Shown one piece after another: positions 1-12,243 of a stretch of DNA of 64,000 nucleotides. Origin of the DNA: Podarcis liolepis (taxonomy: Eukaryota); the NCBI GenBank assembly GCA_965112155.1, contig OZ218104.1; one strand, written 5' to 3'. Numbering within the stretch: the stretch's first letter is position 1; the number at the start of each line of letters is the position of its first letter. The notes under the pieces are model-generated. The model was not told the origin of the DNA. It did no database searches and worked only from the letters and a program-made list of their open reading frames with translations. The position numbers were made by a program, and so were the translations under genes.

Positions 1-243
1 ATTAAGACAAACTTGCCCCGGACCAGCCAGCAAGTTAAAGGTTAAGATTAAATTTGAATGTAGGAGTTTACAACTCCATACACTTGGTCTATCAGAAGGA
101 TCACACAAACTCAGTGGGCTTGTGTGATAGAACACAACATTAACCTTCTGATCGTACCTTCCAGGTTCCAGAGGGCTTGCTAGTCCCAGGTTACAGTACT
201 CTCATTGTGTATAACCTTTGCCTTTAGTATAATTAAAGCATAC

Positions 244-380
244 CGGTCTGTTTTCACAGGAACACTCTTGGCATAATCCACAAGGAAACACTCAGCAAGG
301 TAATAATCTGTACATGATATGATTGATTTAACAACAGCTCTGCACCAGGATTTCATTTCCTGACAATAAACAGCACAAAC
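244..380 (-). CDS. TDRD12: TDRD12 coding exon 3 (Tudor domain; gene continues beyond left edge)
   Basis: AG/GT-bounded 137-nt exon encoding [45 protein letters not shown], recognisably similar to the human TDRD12 N-terminal Tudor region; synteny with NUDT19/RGS9BP/ANKRD27. Confidence 0.92.
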
Positions 381-463
381 CTGAAAAAGAAACATCCATT
401 CTCATTTGACACAAACTCTACATGAGATTAGCAGACAATTGATGGAATATAAGGCAAACCAAT

Positions 464-826
464 GGGACGCGGGTGGCGCTGTGGGTAAAACCTCAGCACC
501 TAGGACTTGCCGATCGCATGGTCGGCGGTTCGAATCCCCGCAGCGGGGTGCGCTCCCGTTGCTCGGTCCCAGCGCCTGCCAACCTAGCAGTTCGAAAGCA
601 CCCCCAGGTGCAAGTAGATAAATAGGGACCGCTTACTAGCGGGAAGGTAAACGGCATTTCCGTGTGCTGCGCTGGCTCGCCAGAGCAGCTTCGTCATGCT
701 GGCCACGTGACCCGGAAGTGTCTGAGGACAGTGCTGGCTCCCGGCCTCTAGAGTGAGATGAGTGCACAACCCTAGAGTCTGTCAAGACTGGCCCGTACGG
801 GAAGGGGTACCTTTACCTTTACCTTT
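464..826 (+). mobile_element. Sauria SINE (Squam1-type), full length
   Basis: tRNA-like head (GGTGGCGCTGTGG ... GGTTCGAATCC), (ACCTTT)n tail, 14-bp TSD TAAGGCAAACCAAT at 450-463 and 827-840. Confidence 0.9.
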
Positions 827-1257
827 TAAGGCAAACCAATAGGAAAAAACTACCTGTACCAGTAATGTGCTATATATTTCATGCTTTATATTTCATACAG
901 TGCCCAAAAGGTGGCAGAAATATGACAATTTATCTAGAAAAACTTCCAAAAGTAGCTAAACCCAAATATAAAATGTACTGTATAATATTATAAGCAGAGG
1001 CTGGATGATCATTTTAGCTGAGTCCTGCAGTGTTGTTAAAGTCATCCAGTGCTTTCACAAAAGGTTGTATCCAATGAGGTTCACTCATAATAGAACTACT
1101 GAAATTAATGAACCAAAGTAAGTCATGTTCATGACATTCAATGGGTCTCCTCTGAGTAGGACTAGCATTGAAAGTAGAATTAATATCCCAACACTAGCCT
1201 CCCTTTCCCCCTCTTCAATTTCATATCCACTAAAGCAAATAAAGTACATAAAATTAC

Positions 1258-1419
1258 CTGGCCTTTTTCCAATACAGATGGCTTGATATCATCCACATAT
1301 CTGTGGAATTTATTATAGAACAGATTCATTTCAGATTGAAGTTTTTTATATTCCATTTCGTTTTCTACAATACTTCCACCTCCTTTTATGTAGCCCCAAA
1401 AGCACCATGGATTTTCAAT
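1258..1419 (-). CDS. TDRD12: TDRD12 coding exon 2
   Basis: 162-nt phase-0 exon (tag|ATT...CAG|gtaat) encoding IENPWCFWGYIKGGGSIVENEMEYKKLQSEMNLFYNKFHRYVDDIKPSVLEKGQ, similar to human IEDPGCFW...LEEGQ. Confidence 0.9.
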
Positions 1420-1523
1420 CTAATGAATAAGTAAGCCATAGTTAGAGTCCTATGAAAACATTGCAAGGTTTATGCTCAGAAATGAACATTCATATGCTAA
1501 AACTTGCCAAAAAGCCACAATAC

Positions 1524-1547
1524 CTTCAATATAAACACTTCAAACAT
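1524..1547 (-). CDS. TDRD12: TDRD12 first coding exon (start codon; exon 1524-1591 including 5' UTR)
   Basis: ATG at 1547 encodes MFEVFILK (human MLQLLVLK) followed by a GT donor; polypyrimidine tract and AG acceptor precede 1591. Confidence 0.85.
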
Positions 1548-2894
1548 TTTCTTTCTTCAATGACTTTTTCAACCACGCTTTATCTATACCTCTGAAAAAT
1601 ACAACAAAGGAACAAGCATTTAAACTGCTTTTACAAAATGACATTCCTTTAAAAGTAACTTTCAATCTGATAAAACCAGGTCACAGTCCAGGTGCTTTTC
1701 TTCCTTTTAGAAATGCAGTGGCCCCAAAACTAATACCGTATAGCTCCAGCTCCCCTAGAAGTGGAGCCTAGGTGTGCAATCAGTTGAACCGATTGACCGA
1801 CAAGCAAGCAAATAAGCAAGCAAACAAACAAAAAGGGCAGTACAGGCTTCTCTTTGCCAGCTTTCTCTGGAGCAAGGAATACAGGCAGCTTAATCTACTT
1901 TATACAGTTATTATAAGCATAAAACATGTTGAAGATCACCCCGGTCCACTGCCCTGCTTTCCCTGGAGAAAGGGAAAGGAAGCAAAAATATATACTACTG
2001 CTTTAATGATATTGATGGCCTGTCTACTTACTAAGCAAAGTTCTCAAGGTGGCCAATGTTTAAAATAAAATTAGACAATAGTAAAGTAGTTACTAGGATG
2101 GGGCAAAGGCGTATTTGAGATTTCCTGCAGTTGTTAGATGTTCTGAATGCAACAAGGAAATGTAATGAACAGGTACTGAAGATTGTGTTTGATGGACGAA
2201 CAGTCTGAGCTGGTAGAAGTCAGCTTCTTTACGACTTAAGACAGTATTCTTCAACTGTGTCTGATTTGGGACCTGCCTTCAGTCCAAACATGCATCTGGG
2301 GCCCCCACTCTATAGAGGCAACCCCCCTTTTACACAGGGGTTATGTAACATTACAAAGCACTGCACACATCTGTGAAATCACATATATTTGAAAAACTAT
2401 CGAAAAAGCCTGCTAACACCCCAATGAGGACTTCCTAATATTATTATAGAGGGATAACGTGAAGCAGACTAGTTGATAAATTAAACCTCCCCCCCCCCCA
2501 GCAACCATCTTAAACAATAAAAAAAAAAAAGGGCAGTAGGACTGGAAACTGCCCATAGAACATATGGCTGTTTTAGGTCACAGTCCTCAAAATAAATCAC
2601 TGAATGTAAATTTTACTGAGATTAGGAGAATAGCCTTGCACATATAACGGCTCTGGGTACAGGCTGCCCATTCACACCATCACAGCTCTTTTGGGGTGGG
2701 GTATAAATAATGACATGCTTCTTTGTTGTTGCAAGCTGCTTTCAGTCACATTTGTGAAGGAAGCAACTAGTAACAATTTGCAATCATGGGAATAAGGCAG
2801 GTCCTTCAAAAAAAAGAAAAGAAAAGCCCCTCAGGTGTAAAAAGCCAGGCTAAATAATAATAAAGCATGGTGGTGGCAAGCAGTTAGGCTAAAT

Positions 2895-3012
2895 CAATGA
2901 TGGCCAAACTTGGCCCTCCAGCTGTTTTGGGACTACAATTCCCATCATCCATGACCACTGGTCCTGCTAGCTAGGGATGATGGGAGTTGTAGTCCCAAAA
3001 CAGCCATCACTG
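2895..3012. mobile_element. Short hAT-type MITE
   Basis: TIR CAATGATGGC/GCCATCACTG, internal palindrome, 8-bp TSD GGCTAAAT (2887-2894, 3013-3020). Confidence 0.8.
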
Positions 3013-3109
3013 GGCTAAATAATAATAATAATAATAAAGGCGGAGAAGTCACGCTAAATTAGGGTGTCAAGGAAGGGGGGAGGAGGAAGGTGGCCACCTG
3101 CGATGGTTC

Positions 3110-3510
3110 TAAACTGATCACGTGGCCTTGCTACCTGTATCCGTATATTAAAATATACGTAACCGCCACCCGACGCGCGGGGGGGGGGGGTAGCTGCCCC
3201 CACCTCTGAGGAAGAGAAGTCCGCTCAGCTGGGCCGGCCAATAGCTCGTCCCGCGGCTGCTTTATCACCGCTCGCACCTCCCCGCGCCCTCAAATGCAAA
3301 CCTCGGGCCCCGCTCCTCAACTCACCTCGTCTCACCGCGCCCCTACTCCGTCTCCTCCCCGCGGCGGTTAACTTACGTTTTCCTTTCCGCGTGCTCCAGA
3401 ACTGAAGCGGCTGTTTAACCGCCGCGCGCGCGCATGCTCAGTACCGCTCCCAGCTTCTCAGCGGCGGAGCACGTGTCAGCGGCGGGCGGCCGGTTTTGTT
3501 TTTGTCGCGG
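3110..3510 (-). promoter_or_regulatory. CpG-island promoter and probable non-coding first exon of TDRD12
   Basis: CpG-dense segment upstream of the TDRD12 start exon; candidate minus-strand donors GTGAG (~3325) and GTAAGT (~3376); MYB-like, E-box, NRF1-like and CCAAT motifs. Confidence 0.7.
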
Positions 3511-4059
3511 TTTTTTAAAAAAAACCCAAACCCTTAATTTTTTGTGTGAACATTTAACATTAAAAAAAAAATGTTTATTTGGTTTTCAGGTCAGAGTTTT
3601 ACAATCACATATCCAACATCCAACATAAAATACATCTCCATTATGTCCAAAATTTACCATTAAACTGCAAGTGCTATTCCAGTCCTGCTAACAGTTTTAA
3701 CTGTTTACAATGATTTTTAAGATAAATTATAAATTTTCCTCATTCCTTATGAAAATTTTTGGTCTTCTTGATTTCTGATTCTTCCGTCATTTTTGCCAAT
3801 TTGGCATAATCCATCAACTTAATCTGCCATTCTTCTCTAGTAGGGGCTTTATCTTCTTTCCATCTCAACAATTAACATTTTTAAAACAAACTAATCAAGC
3901 GGAGAAAGGGTGCGTGTGTATGTCTGTGTGTACACGAACACATCATTTTTGTCCAATTGGTGGTTTTTTTTTAAAAAAAACCTGTTAAGACTGTAAATCG
4001 AGGGGAAAATGAATGTGTGTGTATGTCTATTTATATACAGACATCCACATGCACACACT

Positions 4060-4143
4060 ACCTGCGCAGTCGCATCTTACGTTCTGTTCAGGATGCGAAC
4101 GGGGCTCCGGAATGGATCCCGTTCGCATCCCGAGGTACCACTG
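4060..4143. mobile_element. Truncated Tc1/pogo-type MITE (one terminus)
   Basis: Ends in CGAGGTACCACTG followed by TA, the same terminus as the elements at 22781-23022 and 57926-58143; left boundary approximate. Confidence 0.55.
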
Positions 4144-6478
4144 TATTTAAAAGGGATTCCATCCCTCTTATAATGAAGGAGTTGTTTGGTAACAAGCAAC
4201 TCCTTCATTATAAGAAGGATGGAATCGGCCATCCCTGCTAACAATACTCTGTAGCCTTATCAGGTACACTTCCCAGAATTCTTTGCAGGAAATAATGGCT
4301 GGTCAAAATGCTTTAAATGTATGTATGGTACTGTACTAATGTGGCCATCTTCTCTGAGTTATTCTCCAGCATCAGGCATGTCCACTTTTGCTCAGCCTGC
4401 ACAACCTCCAGGCTGCACGGTGGAGAAACAAAATATACTTTAAGGTTTTGCCTCCCTCTTGCCTCCCCACTTAGAGCCTGTTAAGAGAGGTACTGTATAA
4501 GCGAGGGAACAACTTGCACTGCCACCAAATAAACTTAATGCAGATCCTCTTCAATCATACATTTAAGGTGCACTTAGTGCACATCTAAAGCACGTGACTC
4601 CCCACAAAATAAAATAAAATTGGGGGGGGGATGTAGTTTGCTAATGGTGTCGAGATGTTTGGAGACCCCTGTCCCCACACAAAGCAGCTCTCTGCCTTTC
4701 TTGGGGGGCAAGTCCTAAGTTACAAGGAGTTGATCTGACCATGGGTGTAGCCAAGGGCAGCAGGGGGGCAACTGCCCTCCTTAATCAATCAAAATCAATA
4801 CAAATCTGAAGTTCTGCCCCCCCCCAAAAAAAATCCTGGCTACGCCCCTGGATCTGACTATACACAAATATGACTTTATGTACTATTTCTGGAATGTAAC
4901 TCCCATGCATGTCGTGAGTCAGCTGTATAGAGATCTGAGAGTTTGGGGGTTTTTTTAGAAGACATTCTGAGAGCAAGAGCTGGCTGGACACAGACTGATA
5001 TTATTTGTGATAACTGGTCTTGACAACAGATGTGAAATATTTAAACCAAACCTGAAATACGGCTAATATAATAGCATTCTAAGAGATACTGCATAGTCAG
5101 AGGGTTCAGTTAAGCCTAATTAATATTTATGTGTGATTGGTAAATAGTTTCTCTAAAAACAAAACTATATACACAGTGATGCATTGGAACATTAAATATA
5201 GATGGTTCAATAAATCTTCTGTGCACATTCTAAAACCTTTTGTACAACAGAGACAAAGCAAGGCAATTTGTGTAAAACTGCTTTGGTTGCAGTTTGTTAT
5301 CTTTTGCTTAGCTATTCCAACACCCAAAACGTAAAACTAAAGAGACAGACATTTCTTTTGGTCTGTGTTACTTCCTCCCCTTACGTTACATCAAGTCTCA
5401 GTTTCTTAATTCCAGCTGGAAGATGGGATGGAGGAAACCCAAATCCCCTTGTAACCAGCACACATGGAGAACACTTTTTCAATAGTTTTCTATTCATTCC
5501 TCAAACTAGTTAGGAGCCAGACACAGCTCAAAAGCTCCAGTTTGGACACATGTGAAATGTAATAGGAGGGCTTTAATTTCAACTTTCAACTTTATGTTTC
5601 TGAAAATAAGAAAGCTCCTGACACACACAAACTATTAATAGGGCCTCTTCTTAATTTTAAAGAAAACAAGATGTGTAATGGCTCAGTATATCTTAGCAAT
5701 GATGAAAACAGCCAAAGCAATGTTGCTAAAAATAAATATTTATTTTTAAAACAAATTCTAAAAATAAATTACAATTTGGCGTTTTAAATGCTAATTTAAA
5801 TGCACATCAGTTGACATTCTGAAATATAAAAACTGAAAACCCAACCATATAATGGAATTAATTATATTGCTGTTAGACAGCACTAGCAACTTAGTGTGTC
5901 TAGAAAAGTGCCTTCCAAAAGCAGAGCTTCTGAATATTTAAAAAATAATCATTATTGATTGAATTTACAGAACTTATGCTCATGTAAAGCTGAAATCCTA
6001 AACTGCCATTTTGAATCCCAGCTAATTAGGGAGCATCACTTTTGAGTAAACATCCATAGTATCTCCACATTTTAATGAGAAAAGCAGAATAGTTCAAGAT
6101 ACTGAATTATATTGATAAAGGACCAGTTTATCCCAATACTTACAAATGGTCTTTGGTAACTATTGCTCCACTGCCTCTTCAGTGCCTTAAATCCATAATA
6201 TGTAGATTAAGGTCAAGTTCTTAGCAGACAGATGTCCACCCCAGAATTGGCACATTTGCACAAAATTTTAGCCAGAGAAATAATTACTGTGGTACACAAA
6301 CGAAAGCCTAAATCATTCACACAAGGCTTGATGTAGATAAAGTGGCACAAGAATGTATTAATTCCAGCTACGTTTGAAATACATGTTGCTTAGCAAGATG
6401 TGACGCCCCCAGGGCAGCTTATTCAGGAACTGCCATTGCGTTGGTAGATATAAAAATATGTAAACTATTTTTAAAGTA

Positions 6479-6714
6479 TTATAATTTACTATTGCAATCT
6501 GCATTTTCCCCCCTTTTAAAGTCCATTGTTATTGGATTGATGTGTTTATATTTGGGCTGGATATTCACATAGATATTAACATGATTATGGTCTTGTGTCA
6601 CTATCCGGTGAAGTCTACTGGCGCCTTTCATCACATCTTCAATCTTTTTATCTGTCATCAACATTGGTTTTCTTTCTCCTGTAAAATCGGGATCTTCTGG
6701 ATATAGCTCATCAC
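6479..6714 (-). CDS. NUDT19: NUDT19 exon 3 (last coding exon)
   Basis: ttttag|GT acceptor; encodes GDELYPEDPDFTG...LHRIV...CNSKL*, ending in the peroxisomal PTS1 signal SKL. Confidence 0.93.
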
Positions 6715-7554
6715 CTAAAAAATATAATGTATAACTTAAATTTGTATGTAATATTCAGTATTTCAGTGAACTTCATTTTAGGTACTTCTAGAGATTTTAA
6801 GCTATTTTGCTGTTGGATGGCTTGATAAGATTCAAAACTGGTTTTGTGACAGTATTTTTCATAAAGGTTCTCTTGGCATACAAGAATGCAAGTAATCAAG
6901 TATTCCAATGAACTAATAAAGTGGGTCTTGTTCTATCTGTGCCAAGGAATATACTGTATTATGAACAATGAATTTATAGGGAAACAAGAGCTTTAAGGCC
7001 TAGCCTGCACATACAAATATGCTCAGTTCAGACATAATACTATACTGAGAGTTACAATTACAAGGATAAGTAGCCTTGGGCTATTCTATCCTCTCTATGG
7101 ATGAAGAAAAGAAATTTAGTGCTTCTGGCCATGGTTTTGAAGAAAACATTTTCCTATTATGTCCCAAAATGGGAAATTATGTTTATTATAAGTACAGTTA
7201 GTTCAAATAAACCAAAATCCTGGTTTGCCTGAATTGCAGTTAGAATAGAGCAGTTGCACAGTTCTGCATGACTAAGAAGTACCGGTATATGAAAAAGGGA
7301 CTTTGATAGAGTATCTGCAGAACACAGGGTTACATGCATGGTCACAACACTGCTGAACCAAAAACAGAAAACTGACAATGTTATTTGTTTTTGGGTTTGC
7401 CAGCTATAAACTGGAGAGGAATAATATACATTTATATTCCCCAGTAAAGCAAAGAGGCAGTTCTGGGTTTTCCTGATACTCCACCTCATCCAGTCTTTTT
7501 GTTTACCTGCTTATCTTGTTGGCATGATCTAAATACACATGAGGCATCCACTTT

Positions 7555-7940
7555 ACTGAAGCTAAGCACCTCTGGATCTGATTAGTGCCTAAATCAGGGG
7601 TCGGCAACATTTTTTGAGGCCGGTCCGGTCCACTCCCTGCTAGACTTCTTGGTGAGCTGGAACGTGCACACCTGTGTGTGTGCTCAAGCTATTTCTGGCG
7701 CACTTCCAGGACGGAGGAGCGCCTGTGCGCATGCACACACACTATTTCTGGCACTCTCCCGACTCGGAAGTCAGTCCCCGCAGCGAGAAAAAAAATGGCA
7801 CCGTGAGAAAATAGCACGGAATCCCCATGCCAATCTACGTAACGGCGTGGGCCAGTTCCAGGAAGCTCATGGGCTGGAACTGGCCCATGGGCCTTAGGTT
7901 GCCGACCTCTGGCGTAGATAGAAGACTGCCTGGGAACTCT
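7555..7940 (+). mobile_element. Degenerate 5S rRNA-derived repeat interrupted by an hAT MITE
   Basis: Rejoined flanks read GAAGCTAAGCAcctctggatCTGaTTAGTgCcT...AGACtGCCTGGGAA, resembling the 5S rRNA internal control region. Confidence 0.55.
7595..7911. mobile_element. hAT-type non-autonomous DNA transposon
   Basis: TIR CAGGGGTCGGCAAC / GTTGCCGACCTCTG; degenerate 8-bp TSD GCCTAAAT / GCGTAGAT. Confidence 0.75.
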
Positions 7941-8581
7941 GTCTACATTGCCATGAGTTCCACCATGGAAGACAGGCCAGATATAAATATTAAAAATCTG
8001 GAACTCAACTATTATAGCTCTGGGAAGAAGCAGGGTTCAAGGTTGAATCCCCCCCTTTTCATTTTTTGCCTGCTTTGCTGAGTAATGAAAAGTTGTAGCT
8101 AAACCTGTAACTGAGTTTTCTTGCTTTTTAAAAGGCAAAATATAAAAAGAAAATGAATGCCTATGTCAGTAGCAGACCTTAGTTAGGGTACTTAGTTAGG
8201 GTTACTTCTTAAATGACATGCAAAGGATTGCACAGTAAGGCTGCAACCCTATGGACACTTATTTGGGAGTAAACCCTACTGAATATAGTAGGACTAACAT
8301 ATGAGAAAAGATGCATAGAATTGCATAGAAATATTTATAGCATCATTCAAGAAGCAAGTATTAAGCCTAATAATAGACAAGATCCACAGAGTACACTAGT
8401 GGCTAATACCAGACAGTTCAGAATAGACCTCCCTTATTGGGAAATTGTAAATAAATCAATTCTTCTTCAAAACACCATCCTAATAATATGCACTGGAATT
8501 TGAAAGTACTTGTTTTTCCCAAAGAATGAAAATAAACTTATCATTGTTAAAATAACTAATCCAAATGCCATGTTGATCTAC

Positions 8582-8789
8582 CTGGTAAAATCTGCATATG
8601 GCCATCTGAAGCAATCATCAGAACAGGCATCCAACGCTCACATCCTTCTACGGCTCGTTCAGAGGCAAACCTATGCAGATCATGAAGTGATGTGAAATTG
8701 CAGAGTCTGCAGAATTCATAAAATTGAGGTGGTGCTATTGAGATGTCTTGGGACTTAAAGAGTTCAACAGCTTCTGAGGGCGTTGACCA
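8582..8789 (-). CDS. NUDT19: NUDT19 exon 2
   Basis: 208-nt exon cag|TGG...G|gtag encoding WSTPSEAVELFKSQDISIAPPQFYEFCRLCNF...MQILP; phases fit exons 1 and 3. Confidence 0.93.
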
Positions 8790-10759
8790 CTGAAAAAGAA
8801 TGAAGAATAAGCTGATCTCCATAGTTTGTGAATTCCCATTGAAAGGAATATTCTGAATCACCTGAATCGTTTCTGCACTAAAATATAATTTTGCAACAAC
8901 TTTAAATGCTCAAATAAATGTGATGTCTGTGCCTTCAGGTCTCCACACCCCATTACTACCCTCACAACAATCTTATGAGGTTGGTCAGGCCAAAAGCCAA
9001 ACAACATATTTTTTGTGCTTCTTTAAAAAATGCTTAAAACCGGTTGCTTCTATTACAAAGAAATAAAGACCCGGTAGACCAAATTTGAAACGTTCTCCTG
9101 ATCCAGATCAAGGCTCCTTGATAGTTTCTTGCTACAAAGTATTCCTTCTCTAGTTACTATTTGCCCCAAACCTGCAAGGATTAGCCCAAGGTTACCTAGT
9201 GAGCTTCAGGGCTGAGCAAGGACTTGAACCTGGCATCCTGCCAGTCCTACACGGGACACACCAGAAGGGTGTAGTTTCAAGCGACGTGTGGCCAAGGTCA
9301 TTGTCCATAACTTGTTGCCAGTCTCTGGGCTCAGACTGTGAACATGTTCATCACCGTTTGACCGAGCATAAATCCCATTGTGCTATGCAGGCCTTGAATT
9401 CTGGTAAGCACGCTGAGACTTGCAGTCTAAGGAAGAGAATGTCTATTTTATGTGAGGCGAGAGAAGGGAATGCTGATGCCAGGGAGCCAGCAGGGTGCTA
9501 TTTAGAGAGCAGGATTGGGAAGATCTGGGTTCAAGCTTCCCACCAGCTATGAAGCTTGCTGAGTGATCTTGGGCTAGTCCCAAGAAAAAGAGTTTTGCTG
9601 GATCAGGCCAGAGGCTTATCTGACCCCAAGATTCTGTCCCTGCAGAGGCCAACCAGATGCCAATGAAAAAGCCACAAGAAGCAACACATGACCACAACAG
9701 CCCTTTACTTCCTGACACCTGATATCCAGAGGCAAACTGCCACCCTCTTGGCTAGTGGCCACTGACTAGTAAGCATCCCTTAGCCTAATCTGCCTAATGT
9801 TAGAGGAGCTCTGCTGGATCGGGCCAAAGGGGGCCCATCCAGAGCCCAGCCTCCTGTTCTCACAGCAGCTGGGGAGCTGCCCCTATTGGGAAGCCCCAAA
9901 GCAGGGCCTGAGCACAAGAGCACTCTCCGCTCCTGTGGCTTCCAGCAACTGGCATTCAATTTAGTGGCACTCTCCTGGCTAGTGGTCCCTGGTTAGTAAC
10001 CATCTCCTAGCCTAGCAGACCTCACAGGGTTGTTGTGAGGATAAAATGGGCACTGGGGATAAAGAGGGAATCCTGTTCAGCGTCTTGACATCCGTGGCGG
10101 AGCGACATAATAAATCTAATACGTAAATAAGTAAATGTTTCCCTCGTGTAGATGCAAAGCCTCCAGCCTGAAGACAGCGTGCTTCCCCACACTAATAATA
10201 AAAATAAAAATAAAAAATCACCTCATGTTGGAAGCAAATGGACAGCATACACCCCCTCCTCCTCCTCCTCCATAATAATAATAATAATAATATCAGCCTG
10301 GTGTCAGAAGCAAGCATGTGAGGACAGCACACCTTTTCTCCTCACTGGGCTAATAATAATATAACAATAATAGTAGTAATAAAAATGATAAAACTTCTCA
10401 TGCCTGAATTGAGCATGTGAAGATGGCGAGCCTTCCCCCCCCCAATAATAATAAATAACAACAATAGTAGTAGTCGGGGCTTTCCCCCCAGCCACAGAAC
10501 TCAGTTCTGGCACCTCTCAGGTGGGCGCCTTCGCCATTATAAGAGAACAAGGGAAGGCGTCCGTGGTGAGTTCTAGCACCTCTTTTTCTAGAAAAATAGC
10601 ATTGGTAGTACAGTAGTAGTAGTAGCAGTAGTAATAGTAATAATAATAATAACAGCAATAATAACAACGACGACCAAAATCGCCTCATGTCTGAAGCGAG
10701 CACGTGAGGAGAGCGCGCCTTTTCTCCCGCGGCCCCGGCTTCGTCCCCGTCCCGCTCAC

Positions 10760-11476
10760 CTGGCAGGCCGTCACCTCCCCGTCGTCGTGCGAGGCGACCG
10801 GCGGCGCCTGGCCGAGGCAGCAGAGGTAGAAGGCGGTGTCGTAGCGGCGGCCGCCTCGCCCCGCGCGGCCCACGGGGGTCAGCCAGTTGCTCCACTCGCG
10901 CAGCGCCCAGATGTTGGGCACGCAGCTCAGGTGGCGGCACAGCTGCAAGAAGCTGCCGGGCTGCCGCTGCACCCGCAGCCGCCACTCAGCCAGCTCCGAG
11001 GACGGCGGGAGGCGCTCGGCTGGCAGCAGGCGGGCCGGGCCCGTGGTGGCGGCCGTGGCGGCGGCGGCATCAGTGACCGGGCCGGGCAGCACCAAGAGGA
11101 CTCCGGCTTCCTCGAAGGCCTCGCGGATGGCGCAGAGGCGGAAGGCCACGTCTCCCGGCAGCGGCGAGCCCAGCTCCGGGCGCTCGGCGGCGAAGAGCGG
11201 CGCCCTCGGGCACTCGCCCCGCACCGAGCCCAGCCCGCAGCGCGGCCCGCCGGGCAGCAGCTGCAGCCAGTCGGACGAGAAGTCGGCCGCGTCCGCCACG
11301 CCGCCCGGGAAGACGTGGGCGCTGGGCAGGAAGGCGCTCCGCGGGCTCCGCCGCAGCAGGAGCAGCTCGTAGTCGAAGGCGCCCGCTGCCGCGGGCCGAG
11401 GGGGAGACACGCCCGGCCCGCCTGCCGCCAGCAGCAGCGTCGCCGCCTCCCGCCAGTGCCGCAACCGCCAGCTCAT
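10760..11476 (-). CDS. NUDT19: NUDT19 exon 1 (acyl-CoA diphosphatase, Nudix family)
   Basis: ATG at 11476; WREAATLLL, split Nudix motif (VFPGG ... CAIREAFEEAG), WSNWLTP, RRYDTAFY; GTGAG donor. Spliced CDS 717+208+236 = 1161 nt (386 aa plus stop). Confidence 0.95.
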
Positions 11477-11670
11477 GTTGCGCGCCTCGGCCTCCGGTGG
11501 CAAGGGTGAGTCTGGTGCCCTCACGTTCCCGCCTCTCCCGCCTCCTCAGGGCGGGCCTGTTATCGCCGCCGCCACCCAGCGGCCTCGCCTTTTGAGGTGC
11601 GGTGTCTCCTCAGCGCCGCCAGGCCGGTGTTCGGAAAGGGAACTCCGCCCCCCGACAGCAGCGTCTCGCT
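11477..11670 (-). promoter_or_regulatory. NUDT19 CpG-island promoter / 5' UTR
   Basis: GC/CpG-rich segment with GC boxes (GGGCGG, CCGCCC) directly upstream of the ATG. Confidence 0.65.
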
Positions 11671-12034
11671 TTTGAAATGATTATTAGTATTGTTTAAATT
11701 ATTAGTATTGTTATTTTAACAGCCCTCGACTGTTGAACGATCTTCGGCCTTCTAAATATGTTGGTGTGTGGTATTTTCATTATAATTATTATGTCCCACA
11801 TTTTGTGTTTTTATGCAGCAAACCGCCCTGTGATCCTCGGATGAAGAGCCGTATATAAAAATGTAATAAATAAACAAATATTTCGCTCAACAGGTATGAG
11901 GCCACATTAAGGAAGGTGGAAGTCCAAGAGCAACAAAGGAAGGAGAAAGCAGAAAAAAGAGAGATGGCGTGAGCAGGGTAAGTATAAGGGATAAGTGAAA
12001 GCAAATGTACACAAAGTTCACAATGACAGGCAGG

Positions 12035-12243
12035 ATAAAAAAGTTCCTTCCAGTAGCACCTTAAAGACCAAGTTAGTTCTTGGCATGAGCTTTCGTTTGC
12101 ATGCACACTTCTTCAGATATCTGAAGAAGTGTGCATGCACACCAAAGCTCATACCAAGAACTAACTTAGTTGGTCTTTAAGGTGCTACTGGAAGGAACTT
12201 TTTTATTTTGACTATGGCAGACCAACACGGCTACCTATCTGTA
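12035..12243. mobile_element. Penelope-like element remnant: inverted pLTR pair with minimal hammerhead-like motifs
   Basis: About 85-bp inverted arms centred on GATATC (12116-12121); CTGAAGA-stem-GAAAGCTC motif; 13-bp direct repeat AATGACAGGCAGG at 12022-12034 and 12244-12256. Confidence 0.75.

Noticed and set aside
8178-8203. TTAGGG-containing short duplication
   Set aside because: Only two separated hexamers; too little for an interstitial telomeric array.
10398-11509. Overlapping 161-240-aa ORFs across NUDT19 exon 1
   Set aside because: GC-rich shadow frames; the poly-Leu stretch comes from an intronic trinucleotide repeat.
11477-11524. GTG-initiated 16-aa N-terminal extension of NUDT19 (and TTG extension of RGS9BP at 34231)
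   Set aside because: Artefact of allowing bacterial-style starts; downstream ATGs match the known protein N-termini.
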